Assembly (NCBI GenBank): GCA_028278085.1
Contig: JANQFB010000350.1
Coordinates: forward strand, 7,376 to 71,375
DNA: 64,000 bases
DNA from: Chitinophagales bacterium
GTDB lineage: Bacteria; Bacteroidota; Bacteroidia; Chitinophagales; JANQFB01
Direction: 5' to 3'
The first letter of the stretch is position 1, and every line of letters begins with the position of its first letter. Below are positions 10,005 to 18,782 of this stretch, piece after piece. Made by a program: the position numbers and the translations under genes. The notes under the pieces were generated by a model, which saw only the letters and a program-made list of their open reading frames with translations, searched no databases and was not told the origin of the DNA.

Positions 10005-10628
10005 ATGAACATTTTTACCATATATCGAATCAAATTTATCTCCCTCGTTATCTTATTGAATTTTAAAGTACCGGCCTTTTCACAGGATTTTGATCCGTTT
10101 GATTGCATCGATTTACCTCCAATAAATTCCGGCAAGGAAATTATTGCAATGGCCAATGAGCCAATCTGCCCCAAAAGTTCCCTTAAATATTTTGCTTTCT
10201 ATCATTGGGATTTCGGCGATGGTCATTCAAGCGCTGATGAATTTCCCTGCCACACCTATTCCAAACCCGGCACCTATGAAGTAAACGTTGTTGGTCATGA
10301 AGCATGTGAAGATGCCAGGAAATTTGAAAAGCTATTTATTCATGTTTTACCACGTGAAACCGGGAATAAACTGATCCTTATCCCGAATCCGGCAAAAGAC
10401 AAAGTGTTGATTAAAGTTTTGATTGAAGATACTGATCCTGATATAAGGCTGGAAGTAGTCAAAACTCATTCAGGTCTAATTATGCACAGCTATCACCTGG
10501 TCTCAACTGAATTGAACAACAACACCTTGTCATTAGATATTTCAACATACCAACAGGGTGCTTATCAGGTAATTTTAAGGAACGGCAGCAAGTTAATCAG
10601 TGAAGAAAAGTTGATGGTGCTCCAATAG
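10005..10628 (+). CDS. PKD-domain protein with a T9SS C-terminal sorting domain
   Basis: 207 aa. The PKD signature is YHWDFGDGHSSADEFPCHTYSKPGTYEVNV. The C-terminus is LILIPNPAKDKVLIKV...GAYQVILRNGSKLISEEKLMVLQ. Confidence 0.75.
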   Translation: MNIFTIYRIKFISLVILLNFKVPAFSQDFDPFDCIDLPPINSGKEIIAMANEPICPKSSLKYFAFYHWDFGDGHSSADEFPCHTYSKPGTYEVNVVGHEACEDARKFEKLFIHVLPRETGNKLILIPNPAKDKVLIKVLIEDTDPDIRLEVVKTHSGLIMHSYHLVSTELNNNTLSLDISTYQQGAYQVILRNGSKLISEEKLMVLQ

Positions 10629-10690
10629 GGCATATGGTCATAAAACCCTTAACTTATAAGATGTTATTTTTATACCCTTAGTGTTCCCTG

Positions 10691-11476
10691 TCAATACAGC
10701 CGCCCGGTTGTATGAGGATCTTTTAGGTCGATCCAAAAAACATGCGTGGCTTCGGCCCTGTCTCTTTGCCCGTTATTATTTTCATCTAATTGAGCGAAGA
10801 CGTACATCAGGTCATTGGCAGGATCATATTCTGATTTGAAGACCGAATAATTGGTTGGGACAAGCGGTTTTTGACGGTTTCCATTGATATCAAACAGGTA
10901 AAAACGCCTGAGGTCTTTGAGATTGATAAAACCATCTTTATTGGTGTCATCGTCATACACCGAGGTCATGAAATAATCACGATTCACCGGTTTAAAATTC
11001 AGGGTGTCTTTTGAAAAGGAGGGATAGTAGAGCGTTCGGACCAGGACGGGCTTCTCGAAAAAGTTTTTTTGCCGGTCTGTCGCAATATCATAGTGCGAAA
11101 TGTTCACCATGTTGTACCCGGATACCGCTTCTAATCCCGGCATAAAATTATAATTCCATCGATTGCCATAGGCCGTTCCCAGATCATCATAATTCCGGTA
11201 ATAACGATTCGAGCCAATAAAGGTTTTGGTCTTTTTCTTGTTGTCGTTGACCTTATAAACAGTTGTCAGGCGATATTGAGGATCTCCTGTCAACAACACA
11301 CTACTGGGTTTCGTTTCCAGTATTAAAGAGTCTTTTGACAGGCCTTTGTTTTTGTTCTCTTCATCATCCTCGGCTACCGGACTTACGGAAAATCCTTTTT
11401 CTTTCAGATCGTTATCCGAACAACTGGCTAGCAGGCAAATGACCATTAACCGGACAATCGTTTTAAGCTGTTTCAT
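10691..11476 (-). CDS. Lipoprotein with two EF-hand-like calcium-binding loops
   Basis: 261 aa. The lipobox is LLASCSD. The loops DTNKDGFINLKD and DENNNGQRDRAE fit DxNxDGxIxxxE-type EF-hand loops. Confidence 0.55.
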   Translation of the reverse strand: MKQLKTIVRLMVICLLASCSDNDLKEKGFSVSPVAEDDEENKNKGLSKDSLILETKPSSVLLTGDPQYRLTTVYKVNDNKKKTKTFIGSNRYYRNYDDLGTAYGNRWNYNFMPGLEAVSGYNMVNISHYDIATDRQKNFFEKPVLVRTLYYPSFSKDTLNFKPVNRDYFMTSVYDDDTNKDGFINLKDLRRFYLFDINGNRQKPLVPTNYSVFKSEYDPANDLMYVFAQLDENNNGQRDRAEATHVFWIDLKDPHTTGRLY

Positions 11477-11922
11477 CGACGCTTTTTTAATTTATAGACA
11501 ACTGTAAAAGTAAATATTATGCGGTAGTTACCATAGGAATGACCGATCTTTTGGGAGACCGGCTTGAATAGATTAACACCGGCGCCGGGCAGTGTCGTCG
11601 ACCTTCTACTACAAATCGATAGGATTCTATTCATTTCGTTCGTATTCGTTTATTTAAACAGGTCAATGTATTCCGGAAAGTAATATAGTGTACGTCCCTG
11701 ATATAGGTTGACCACAAAAGTCACCTATCATGAATTCTTAAATCCCTGCCGGCCGGCCAGGCTGGGTTAATCCTTGCGCCTCCGCTTTAGCCAGCTATGG
11801 CGTAAGCGTTGTTCAACATTCAAAGTACGGACAACCCTAGAAGAATTTGAATATTCACGGACGATACTAACAATTTATCAAAAAGCCATCACCTAAGATC
11901 CTGCCGGAACCCCTCATTTTCA

Positions 11923-12184
11923 AAGGCAAGCTAACAACCGGACAAACTAATATTTACTGGATAACAAGCTTCCCTTCACTGATCAATTGCTGATGCTCGC
12001 GGATACGGAAAAAGTACAGCCCTTTGGAGAGACTCCCGGCCCGGATCAGGAACCGGTTGCCTTGTTTGACCGATTGGGCCTTCACCCGGTTACCGGAAAG
12101 GTCAAATATTTCCAGGCCATAATGGTCCGGTGGAGTTCCTTTCAGATCGATGATCGTATAGTCGGTAAAAGGATTGGGATAAAC
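11923..12184. repeat. Copy A of a ~260-bp duplicated segment (T9SS sorting domain plus 31 nt of 3' flank)
   Basis: I hand-aligned this to 15684..15941 and counted about 21 substitutions plus one 4-nt indel (CTAA). The similarity continues past the stop codon (AAGGCAAGCTAACAACCGGACAAA). Confidence 0.9.
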
Positions 12185-14548
12185 TGACATGATACGATCA
12201 AACCTGTTTCCAGGGATTGCATTAAGGTTAACCGTAAAACAAGCAGAACTATCCGTGCAACCGCTTTGTGTTAACTCCACCCGGTAGCTCCCATTCATTA
12301 CAGGGTGGAATGTCCGATGGGTCGCTCCTGAAACGGGGGTAAATCCATTGTTGCAATCCAACCATTGAAAACTTGAAAGAGAATCGTTAGCCCTCAGCCT
12401 TGCACCGGCTTGTGTTACGGAGGTATCTATCTTAACGGCCGTGAGATGAATGGTAACAAAGCTATCACAACCACCTGCATTGGGGAGGGTATCCTTGTAT
12501 GTTCCGGAATTGGTCCAGACATAACTTCCGCTCGGTGAAACGTAGCTGTGGCAAGCCATATCATTTATCATACCTGATGTCGTATCATTTATGGTTAAAT
12601 TAATGATCCACAAACTATCGCAACCTGTGCCGGTGGGTATCGTGTCATAGTATATTCCTGTACCGGTCCAAATGTAATGGCCACTTGGGGAAAGGTAGCT
12701 ATAGCAAGCCACCGGGCTATCCCTGACAACCTTCGTATAATTAATGGTCAGATCTAAGGTGATCACACTGTCGCAACCCGCTGCGTTTGGAAGGGTATCC
12801 TTATAAATCCCATCAGTGGTCCAAATGTAATGGCCGCTTGGGGACACAAAGCTGTCACAGGTAGTGATAGTCATGCTGTCGGTTGTAGGGTGATTGATGG
12901 TAAGATCGATCAGGATGAGGCTATCACACCCCCTTGTATTCAAGGTGGTGTCAAAGTAAATGCCTGAAGTGGTCCATACGGCGTGGCCATTAGGTGACAG
13001 GAAACTGTCACAGGCGTTGACCATTAACGTATCATAAGTGGTGTGTGTGGGCAGGCAGGGTTGTAAGACACTGATAAATCCATCCGGGCTTCCGACATTG
13101 TACAGCTCCAAATGTGCGGGACCGGGATCGAAATCCGCTGTATCCTCAAAATGACCGGTATAATGTACATATTGACGCCCATCCACTGCTATAGCAAATG
13201 CCCGGTCATATGAAGTGCCACCCGTTTGTCTTACCCAGGTGAAATCCCCTGTTGCCTTGAATTTGGCAATAAATGCATCTGATCCTCCAAATGGAGCTAA
13301 ACTTCCTGCTACTCCGGAACTAAAAGTTGCGGCACTGTCAATATGGCCTGATACATATATATCTCCGGTTTGGTCGATGGCGAGGTCTGCCATATATTCC
13401 AGGGCATTACCTGAAATTTGGTTCACCCAAAGGAAATGACCGGCCGTATCATATTTTGCTAAAAACCCATCAACCCCTGGCGCCACCTGAATTTGTTGTG
13501 CAGGCCCCGGATCAAAATCCGTAGAATCCCTGAAGAGGCCGGTGATGTGTAGGTTGCCCGAATGATCCAATTGCATCGCTTTGACCTGATCATCACTGTT
13601 TCCAGCTAACTGTCTGGCCCAAACATAGTTCCCTGAACTATCCAGTTTGGATATAAATATGTTATTGTATATCCCGGCGTCAAGCATGAAGGTCCCTATT
13701 CCAGGATCGAAATCAACCAGGCCCGAAAAGATCCCTGTAGTATAAACATAACCGGATCCATCGACAACGACTTCATTGCCGATCACTTGATGGGGACCTC
13801 CGAGATGCCTGACCCAGACCAGGTTACCGAGGCTATCCAGTTTCAGGATAAAAGCATCCTTGTTGCCGAGGGAAGTCAGGCTATCGGCGCCTGCTCCCGG
13901 ATCGAAATCGGCCGATCCGTAAAAAAAACCGGTTATATAAACATTACCTTTGGCATCAACCGCAACCGACTGACCGATCTCAAGGCTATTTCCTCCAACT
14001 TGTTTGGCCCATCTTAATTGACCGTTAAGATCATATTTTGCTACAAATACATCATGACTAAACACCAAACCGGTAAGATCAGTTACACCGGTATCGGGAT
14101 CAAAATCAAAACTACCGCTAATATATCCTGTGATATAGATGTTATCCATGCTATCGGTTACGATCGAATAACTATTGGCGATATTACTCAGGGGACCCAT
14201 ATGACTGATCTGGTTTCCCCATATATGGTTACCGTTGGTGTCCAATTTGGAAATGAAGATTTCCGTATTGGTTGCCCCCGAAATAAAATTCAACGTGTCA
14301 GACCCGGGATCAAAATCTATGGTCCCGCCGAATGAACCGGTGGTGATCGTGTGGTTCTTCGAATCTGTTGTTATGGCCATCATCGTTACCACATTAGTAC
14401 CCTGGTCGGATCCGGTGAATTGTTTGGCCCATTTCACGGATTGGGCATTTAAGTGCTGGGTGAAGAAGGTTAAAAAGCCTGCTATTACGCTACCTGTAAG
14501 TATGTACTTCATGGGATCAAATTTTAGGTAGCTTATAAATCCTTTCAA
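11954..14548 (-). CDS. Large secreted repeat protein: SBBP-type beta-propeller repeats, four Cys-bounded ~48-aa modules, T9SS sorting domain
   Basis: 864 aa. It has about 9 repeats of the form D..GNvYiTG.F.GsaDFDPG, then 4 copies of C(D/Y/H)S(F/Y)xSPSGHYxWT..GxYxDTxxxxxGCDSxxxxxLTIN. The C-terminus is VYPNPFTDYTIIDLKG...GLYFFRIREHQQLISEGKLVIQ. Confidence 0.8.
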   Translation of the reverse strand: MKGFISYLKFDPMKYILTGSVIAGFLTFFTQHLNAQSVKWAKQFTGSDQGTNVVTMMAITTDSKNHTITTGSFGGTIDFDPGSDTLNFISGATNTEIFISKLDTNGNHIWGNQISHMGPLSNIANSYSIVTDSMDNIYITGYISGSFDFDPDTGVTDLTGLVFSHDVFVAKYDLNGQLRWAKQVGGNSLEIGQSVAVDAKGNVYITGFFYGSADFDPGAGADSLTSLGNKDAFILKLDSLGNLVWVRHLGGPHQVIGNEVVVDGSGYVYTTGIFSGLVDFDPGIGTFMLDAGIYNNIFISKLDSSGNYVWARQLAGNSDDQVKAMQLDHSGNLHITGLFRDSTDFDPGPAQQIQVAPGVDGFLAKYDTAGHFLWVNQISGNALEYMADLAIDQTGDIYVSGHIDSAATFSSGVAGSLAPFGGSDAFIAKFKATGDFTWVRQTGGTSYDRAFAIAVDGRQYVHYTGHFEDTADFDPGPAHLELYNVGSPDGFISVLQPCLPTHTTYDTLMVNACDSFLSPNGHAVWTTSGIYFDTTLNTRGCDSLILIDLTINHPTTDSMTITTCDSFVSPSGHYIWTTDGIYKDTLPNAAGCDSVITLDLTINYTKVVRDSPVACYSYLSPSGHYIWTGTGIYYDTIPTGTGCDSLWIINLTINDTTSGMINDMACHSYVSPSGSYVWTNSGTYKDTLPNAGGCDSFVTIHLTAVKIDTSVTQAGARLRANDSLSSFQWLDCNNGFTPVSGATHRTFHPVMNGSYRVELTQSGCTDSSACFTVNLNAIPGNRFDRIMSVYPNPFTDYTIIDLKGTPPDHYGLEIFDLSGNRVKAQSVKQGNRFLIRAGSLSKGLYFFRIREHQQLISEGKLVIQ
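12451..13021 (-). repeat. Four tandem intragenic ~48-codon modules (C-x-S-x-SPSGHY-WT...GCDS....LTIN)
   Basis: They are visible in the translated protein as four consecutive near-identical modules. The coordinates are approximate, converted from amino-acid positions ~510-700. Confidence 0.7.
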
Positions 14549-14638
14549 AAATGGTCTTCATTCCCGCAAAGACATTAAAATCCGAACCATCTAATTATTT
14601 AGTGATCGTATATGATGCACGCATCGGGAAACTAAGCG

Positions 14639-15559
14639 CTAGCCACCGCCAGGTCTATTTTCAGGTGTTTCACCGAATGGATCTTCCTGTAATTCCGGTG
14701 GAAAGATAACAATATGGGAAGCATAATCCTTAAAGGAGGTGAATTTTGTTTTTTTGAATAAGGCGTTGCCTTGGGATCGATCATATTTTTTTGACGGTGA
14801 ACCTGCCCAATTACATTCTTTCAGCCTATCAAACCGAGTGATCCAGGTATGCAGGCCCTGGTTACTGAATCCCCAGCCGAACTCATGCTTATTTAAAAGA
14901 GCAGCGATCCGGAGTGTATCTTCATCAAAATCAAAAAGCTGCTTGATAGGTATATCCGGCTGTTTCCAAACATAATATTTCCTGTGTTTTCGGAAATTTT
15001 TTACACATCGATCGTACTCCTCTGAGTGTTTGGAAACCATCAAATAGGCTGACCAGTTGAAATAGGTCGTTAATATATAGCCTACACTCCAGCCGGCATA
15101 TTCGCGGTCATCCCAGATCTGTTGATGGTATTTTTTCATTTTCAGAAAATTGCTATCCAGCCCTGCTTCAAGAGCTCTGATCGCATAGATCGTGCAATGC
15201 ATGCTATCCGGCCGCTCATTTCTTGATGCCAACGCCCGTTTATATGCCTCAAAAACAGAGAGCGAATCATGGTGGCCATATTCAGCAATAGCCGATTCAT
15301 ACCACATCGTGCCGTAATACCTGCTTTGGGATCTTTTATAATTATTAAAGTATTCGTTTTCTATGGCAGCGATTGAATTGATCGCTTTCCGGGAGCTGAA
15401 TCCGGCATATAAGGTTTCCCCTTTGCCGGGAAGCGTATAAAGCCTGAAAGTGTCAACCCGGTTTTGCGCTATGTCATCATTCGACCTCTTTTCCGTATTT
15501 CCTGGCGAGGCGCAACACATGCAGCAGCAGGCTAAGGCTATATACAACAGTTTATCCAA
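14639..15559 (-). CDS. Hypothetical Cys-rich-leader protein (possible Cys/His hydrolase fold, unverified)
   Basis: 306 aa. The N-terminus is MDKLLYIALACCCMCCASPG. The candidate nucleophile context is DSMHCTIYAIRALEAG, with later His residues (GLHTWITRF, ASHIVIFPP). I do not recognise a family with confidence. Confidence 0.45.
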   Translation of the reverse strand: MDKLLYIALACCCMCCASPGNTEKRSNDDIAQNRVDTFRLYTLPGKGETLYAGFSSRKAINSIAAIENEYFNNYKRSQSRYYGTMWYESAIAEYGHHDSLSVFEAYKRALASRNERPDSMHCTIYAIRALEAGLDSNFLKMKKYHQQIWDDREYAGWSVGYILTTYFNWSAYLMVSKHSEEYDRCVKNFRKHRKYYVWKQPDIPIKQLFDFDEDTLRIAALLNKHEFGWGFSNQGLHTWITRFDRLKECNWAGSPSKKYDRSQGNALFKKTKFTSFKDYASHIVIFPPELQEDPFGETPENRPGGG

Positions 15560-15683
15560 ATTGATTTCCGGGAACGGTTTGTGTAGCTGGTTGTGTGCAG
15601 TAATGCAACGCTGACAACTTCAACTTATTGTACCTGATCGGATGCGGGGAGATGGGTTTTGTTTGATGGTGAGTGTAAGAGGC

Positions 15684-15941
15684 AAGGCAAGCTAACAACC
15701 GGACAAATATTTACAGGATAATGAGTTTCCCTTCACTGATCAATTGCTGATGGTCGCGGATGCGGAAAAAGTACATCCCTTTGGAGAGGCTCCCGGCCCG
15801 GATCACGAACCGGTTACCTTGTTTGACCGATTGCGCTTTCACCTGGTTACCGGAAGTGTCAAAAATTTCCAGGTCATAATGGTCCGGAGGGGTTCCTTTC
15901 AGCTCGATGACCGTATAGTCGGTAAAAGGATTGGGATAAAC
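15684..15941. repeat. Copy B of the ~260-bp duplicated segment
   Basis: See copy A. Upstream of the sorting domain the two proteins are unrelated in sequence. Confidence 0.9.
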
Positions 15942-18617
15942 CTCGATCTTTAATGGGCTATACGCCTCGCTGACATATACAGCAGCAACCTGCAGAAAAT
16001 CCTCTCCGATCGTATGGAACTCGGTATTGGTGATAACCGGGGCATTGAAATCGAACCAGATCGCCGCACGGTTTTCTATCCGGGTACCACCAGGATTACC
16101 GGGGGTTTGCTTGACTTTGAACTTTACAAATCCATTGCTCTCCGGTTCGTTGACATTGCTGTCCGGTAAGAGGATATTATCAAAGGACCATTCCAATATA
16201 CTTTGACCGTAGATGCGGAAATCATAGGCATGACTGGAAGCGCCGCTCACTACCGTGGATACATCCAGTTCCGGCGCCAGGGTATCCCGGATCACGACCA
16301 GGAAGGCCGTGTCGGTTCCGGTATTCTGGAAACGGATCTTGTACTCGAGCTCATCGGTTTCCTCGATGTATTTGGGGGCGTCAACGCCTTTGGGTGTGCC
16401 TTTTTTATCATTCGGGTCCCATGATCCAATGACTTCCTGGCAATCAATATCTACGGCGTAATGTTTATCATCGTGCGGCATGGTGGTTACATAGCCCACA
16501 CTAAAAGTTCCCCCGCCATTCACACCACAAGCTTCAACAGTACTGGAAGGGCTGCTCAAGATTGGATGACCCGGATTTTGGGTGGCTTCCAGTCTCCAGG
16601 TGGATCCATTAGCCGGCCGGTAGACCGGGATGGAATCCCCGCTGGATAGTTGGAAGCTAACCGGCTGCCCCATGATGTTATCTTCCATCACAATATAGCT
16701 CCCGGGAGTTTCCATATTACCCTGGCCTATATTCCTGATCTTGAATTCAATGGAGTCATGGTTCATGCATTGTCCGCTGACGGCAACACTGGAACCGTCC
16801 CAGAGGGTATCGGTAGGCAGACAAAGCGTATCCGGAAATATCCGGGCCTCCACACAACTGGCTTGCCCCAGAATACTATTACAGTCCACCAAGACCCTAA
16901 TTGAAAAACTTCCCTGTTCTTCAGGCATAACCGTTCCAATATTAAAATAATAAGTATCCCCGTTTTGTGGCTGCTCCCAGGGAATGGAAGCCGTGTCCAC
17001 TTGTAATAAATTATTGAGCTTGAGGGCAACAGTTGTATTATGACCCGGAATGGTACCTTCATTCCAGTAATTCACTTGGTATTGGGCTATTCTACATCGC
17101 CGAACTAAACCTGTACTTACGGAGACCTTCATCAATGGGCATAAAATACCAGGTTTCATGCCAAAATCCAGGCTATCTTTACCACTATAAAAAGTATCTA
17201 TATTTACCGTAAAGCTTGTAGGATTAGGGCAAGTGATATCCCAATATGGATTATTTTGGATCAATGATACCGTAAATTGTCCGGTATCAACGTTTACTTC
17301 ATAATAACCATTAGCGTCGGTATATTCATATAAAGGGCCGGGCTCAACTTTGATCAATTGGTTGGCCCTTGGTGATTCCGAGCTATCTTTAATACAGTCA
17401 CTATTCATGTCAATAAAAACATTGCCGGATAAAATACTGGTATAATACTCCCCGTTCCCATTAGTTTTGATCAGGTAATTATCCCACTGGTTTGTATAGG
17501 ATAAATATACGCTGGCACCGATCAAGTATCCTCCATCATTCACTTGATGGATCTTAGTTGGCCAGGTACTGGTGAATTCATCAAAATAGTTGAACCATAA
17601 GGTGGCACCGGAGGCATCGGTTTTCACTATATATGTTTTAGCAGGTGCATGAAGACTATCTTTAGGGGAAGTACCAATCATTGCAAATCCACTATCAGCC
17701 GTTTGTATGACAGACCATCCTTGAGTAAAATCGGTATCTCTAAACCTTTTTATCCATATCGTGTCTCCAACCGGGTCAGTTTTCATTAGATAGGCCCGTG
17801 AATGAAATAGGGAAGAATCGGCTTCCTTTCCTGTAATAATATGTCCCCCATCAAAGGTGGGCGCTATGGCTTTTCCCTCCATCCATTTCCAATCATTTTC
17901 CAGTATTTTATGCCAAAGATAGTTCCCGGAAGAATCAAATTTAGCCTGTAAAAACCTGGAAGTATCGACTGCCGGGTAAGAATGTCCAACTGCCATAAAG
18001 CCTCCATCTGATGTATAAGTAACATCTTCAAAATATTCGTTTATAGATATGGGTAAAGTAGCTGACCACAAACTATCCCCTGTAGCATTGAACTTCATAA
18101 TGGTTGCACTATATTCGACACCTCCTACAATAACAAATCCACTATCAGCAGTCATTAAGATGGATTCAAATACATGCTCTCCGCCCAAGTCCAGTAAGGT
18201 CGTCCAAACTTCATTGCCAAATGCATCGGTTTTGAACAATAACAATTTACTATTTGGTTGTGCAGAAAGATCAGCATGACCCACAGCAATATATCCCCCA
18301 TCAAGTGTTGGTTGCACATCCCAAAAAAAAGATTCAAAAACAAGGCTGTCTTGGTACAGGATACTCCATTGAACCATTCCGTTTACATCTGTTTTCGTCA
18401 AAAATCCATTGAAACCTGCAACTTCAGAGCTATACCCACAAATTATTGCGCCCCCATCGGCTGTTAATTCCATACCATAGTTAACCTCATCTAAAATGGT
18501 ATCACCAAAGGCCTTTGCCCAACCCTGACCAAAACCATTACCGGGTACGATTAAAACAAAAAATGCAACCATACAACTAACCAAAATTGGCATCACGATT
18601 TGATTATAATTTTTCAT
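15711..18617 (-). CDS. Large secreted repeat protein with a T9SS sorting domain
   Basis: 968 aa. The N-terminal ~380 aa carry propeller-like repeats (T.DGGyi.vG...). The middle region is Ig-like. Next comes DPNDKKG...YKIRFQNTGTDTAFLVVIRDTL...NEPESNGFVKFKV. The C-terminus is VYPNPFTDYTVIELKG...GMYFFRIRDHQQLISEGKLIIL. Confidence 0.8.
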   Translation of the reverse strand: MKNYNQIVMPILVSCMVAFFVLIVPGNGFGQGWAKAFGDTILDEVNYGMELTADGGAIICGYSSEVAGFNGFLTKTDVNGMVQWSILYQDSLVFESFFWDVQPTLDGGYIAVGHADLSAQPNSKLLLFKTDAFGNEVWTTLLDLGGEHVFESILMTADSGFVIVGGVEYSATIMKFNATGDSLWSATLPISINEYFEDVTYTSDGGFMAVGHSYPAVDTSRFLQAKFDSSGNYLWHKILENDWKWMEGKAIAPTFDGGHIITGKEADSSLFHSRAYLMKTDPVGDTIWIKRFRDTDFTQGWSVIQTADSGFAMIGTSPKDSLHAPAKTYIVKTDASGATLWFNYFDEFTSTWPTKIHQVNDGGYLIGASVYLSYTNQWDNYLIKTNGNGEYYTSILSGNVFIDMNSDCIKDSSESPRANQLIKVEPGPLYEYTDANGYYEVNVDTGQFTVSLIQNNPYWDITCPNPTSFTVNIDTFYSGKDSLDFGMKPGILCPLMKVSVSTGLVRRCRIAQYQVNYWNEGTIPGHNTTVALKLNNLLQVDTASIPWEQPQNGDTYYFNIGTVMPEEQGSFSIRVLVDCNSILGQASCVEARIFPDTLCLPTDTLWDGSSVAVSGQCMNHDSIEFKIRNIGQGNMETPGSYIVMEDNIMGQPVSFQLSSGDSIPVYRPANGSTWRLEATQNPGHPILSSPSSTVEACGVNGGGTFSVGYVTTMPHDDKHYAVDIDCQEVIGSWDPNDKKGTPKGVDAPKYIEETDELEYKIRFQNTGTDTAFLVVIRDTLAPELDVSTVVSGASSHAYDFRIYGQSILEWSFDNILLPDSNVNEPESNGFVKFKVKQTPGNPGGTRIENRAAIWFDFNAPVITNTEFHTIGEDFLQVAAVYVSEAYSPLKIEVYPNPFTDYTVIELKGTPPDHYDLEIFDTSGNQVKAQSVKQGNRFVIRAGSLSKGMYFFRIRDHQQLISEGKLIIL

Positions 18618-18782
18618 AAGCTCTACTAGATTTATTGATACGATACAAATATCCGATGGGTTTTTCCTGGAAAAAAGTTAAAAAAAATGTGTTTGTCGGA
18701 TGATTTTTTCAAATTATAGCAATAATTAGCTTAATTTAAAGGATTATTGATCATATTTTGTCGGATAACTTTTCATTATTTC

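Noticed and set aside
11477-11953. A 477-bp gene-free gap with a GC-rich core (CCCTGCCGGCCGGCCAGGCTGGG...), considered as a possible ncRNA or pseudogene
   Set aside because: The only open frame, on the minus strand, ends ..NVEQRLRHSWLKRRRKD, has no start codon and begins just after a stop. I recognise no tRNA, riboswitch or other RNA family and see no convincing conserved stem structure. It is left unannotated.
11923-15941. The duplicated ~260-bp segment as a template/variable-repeat pair of a diversity-generating retroelement
   Set aside because: The ~21 mismatches involve all four bases in both directions and are not confined to adenines of one copy. No reverse transcriptase is nearby. Both copies encode an ordinary sorting domain.
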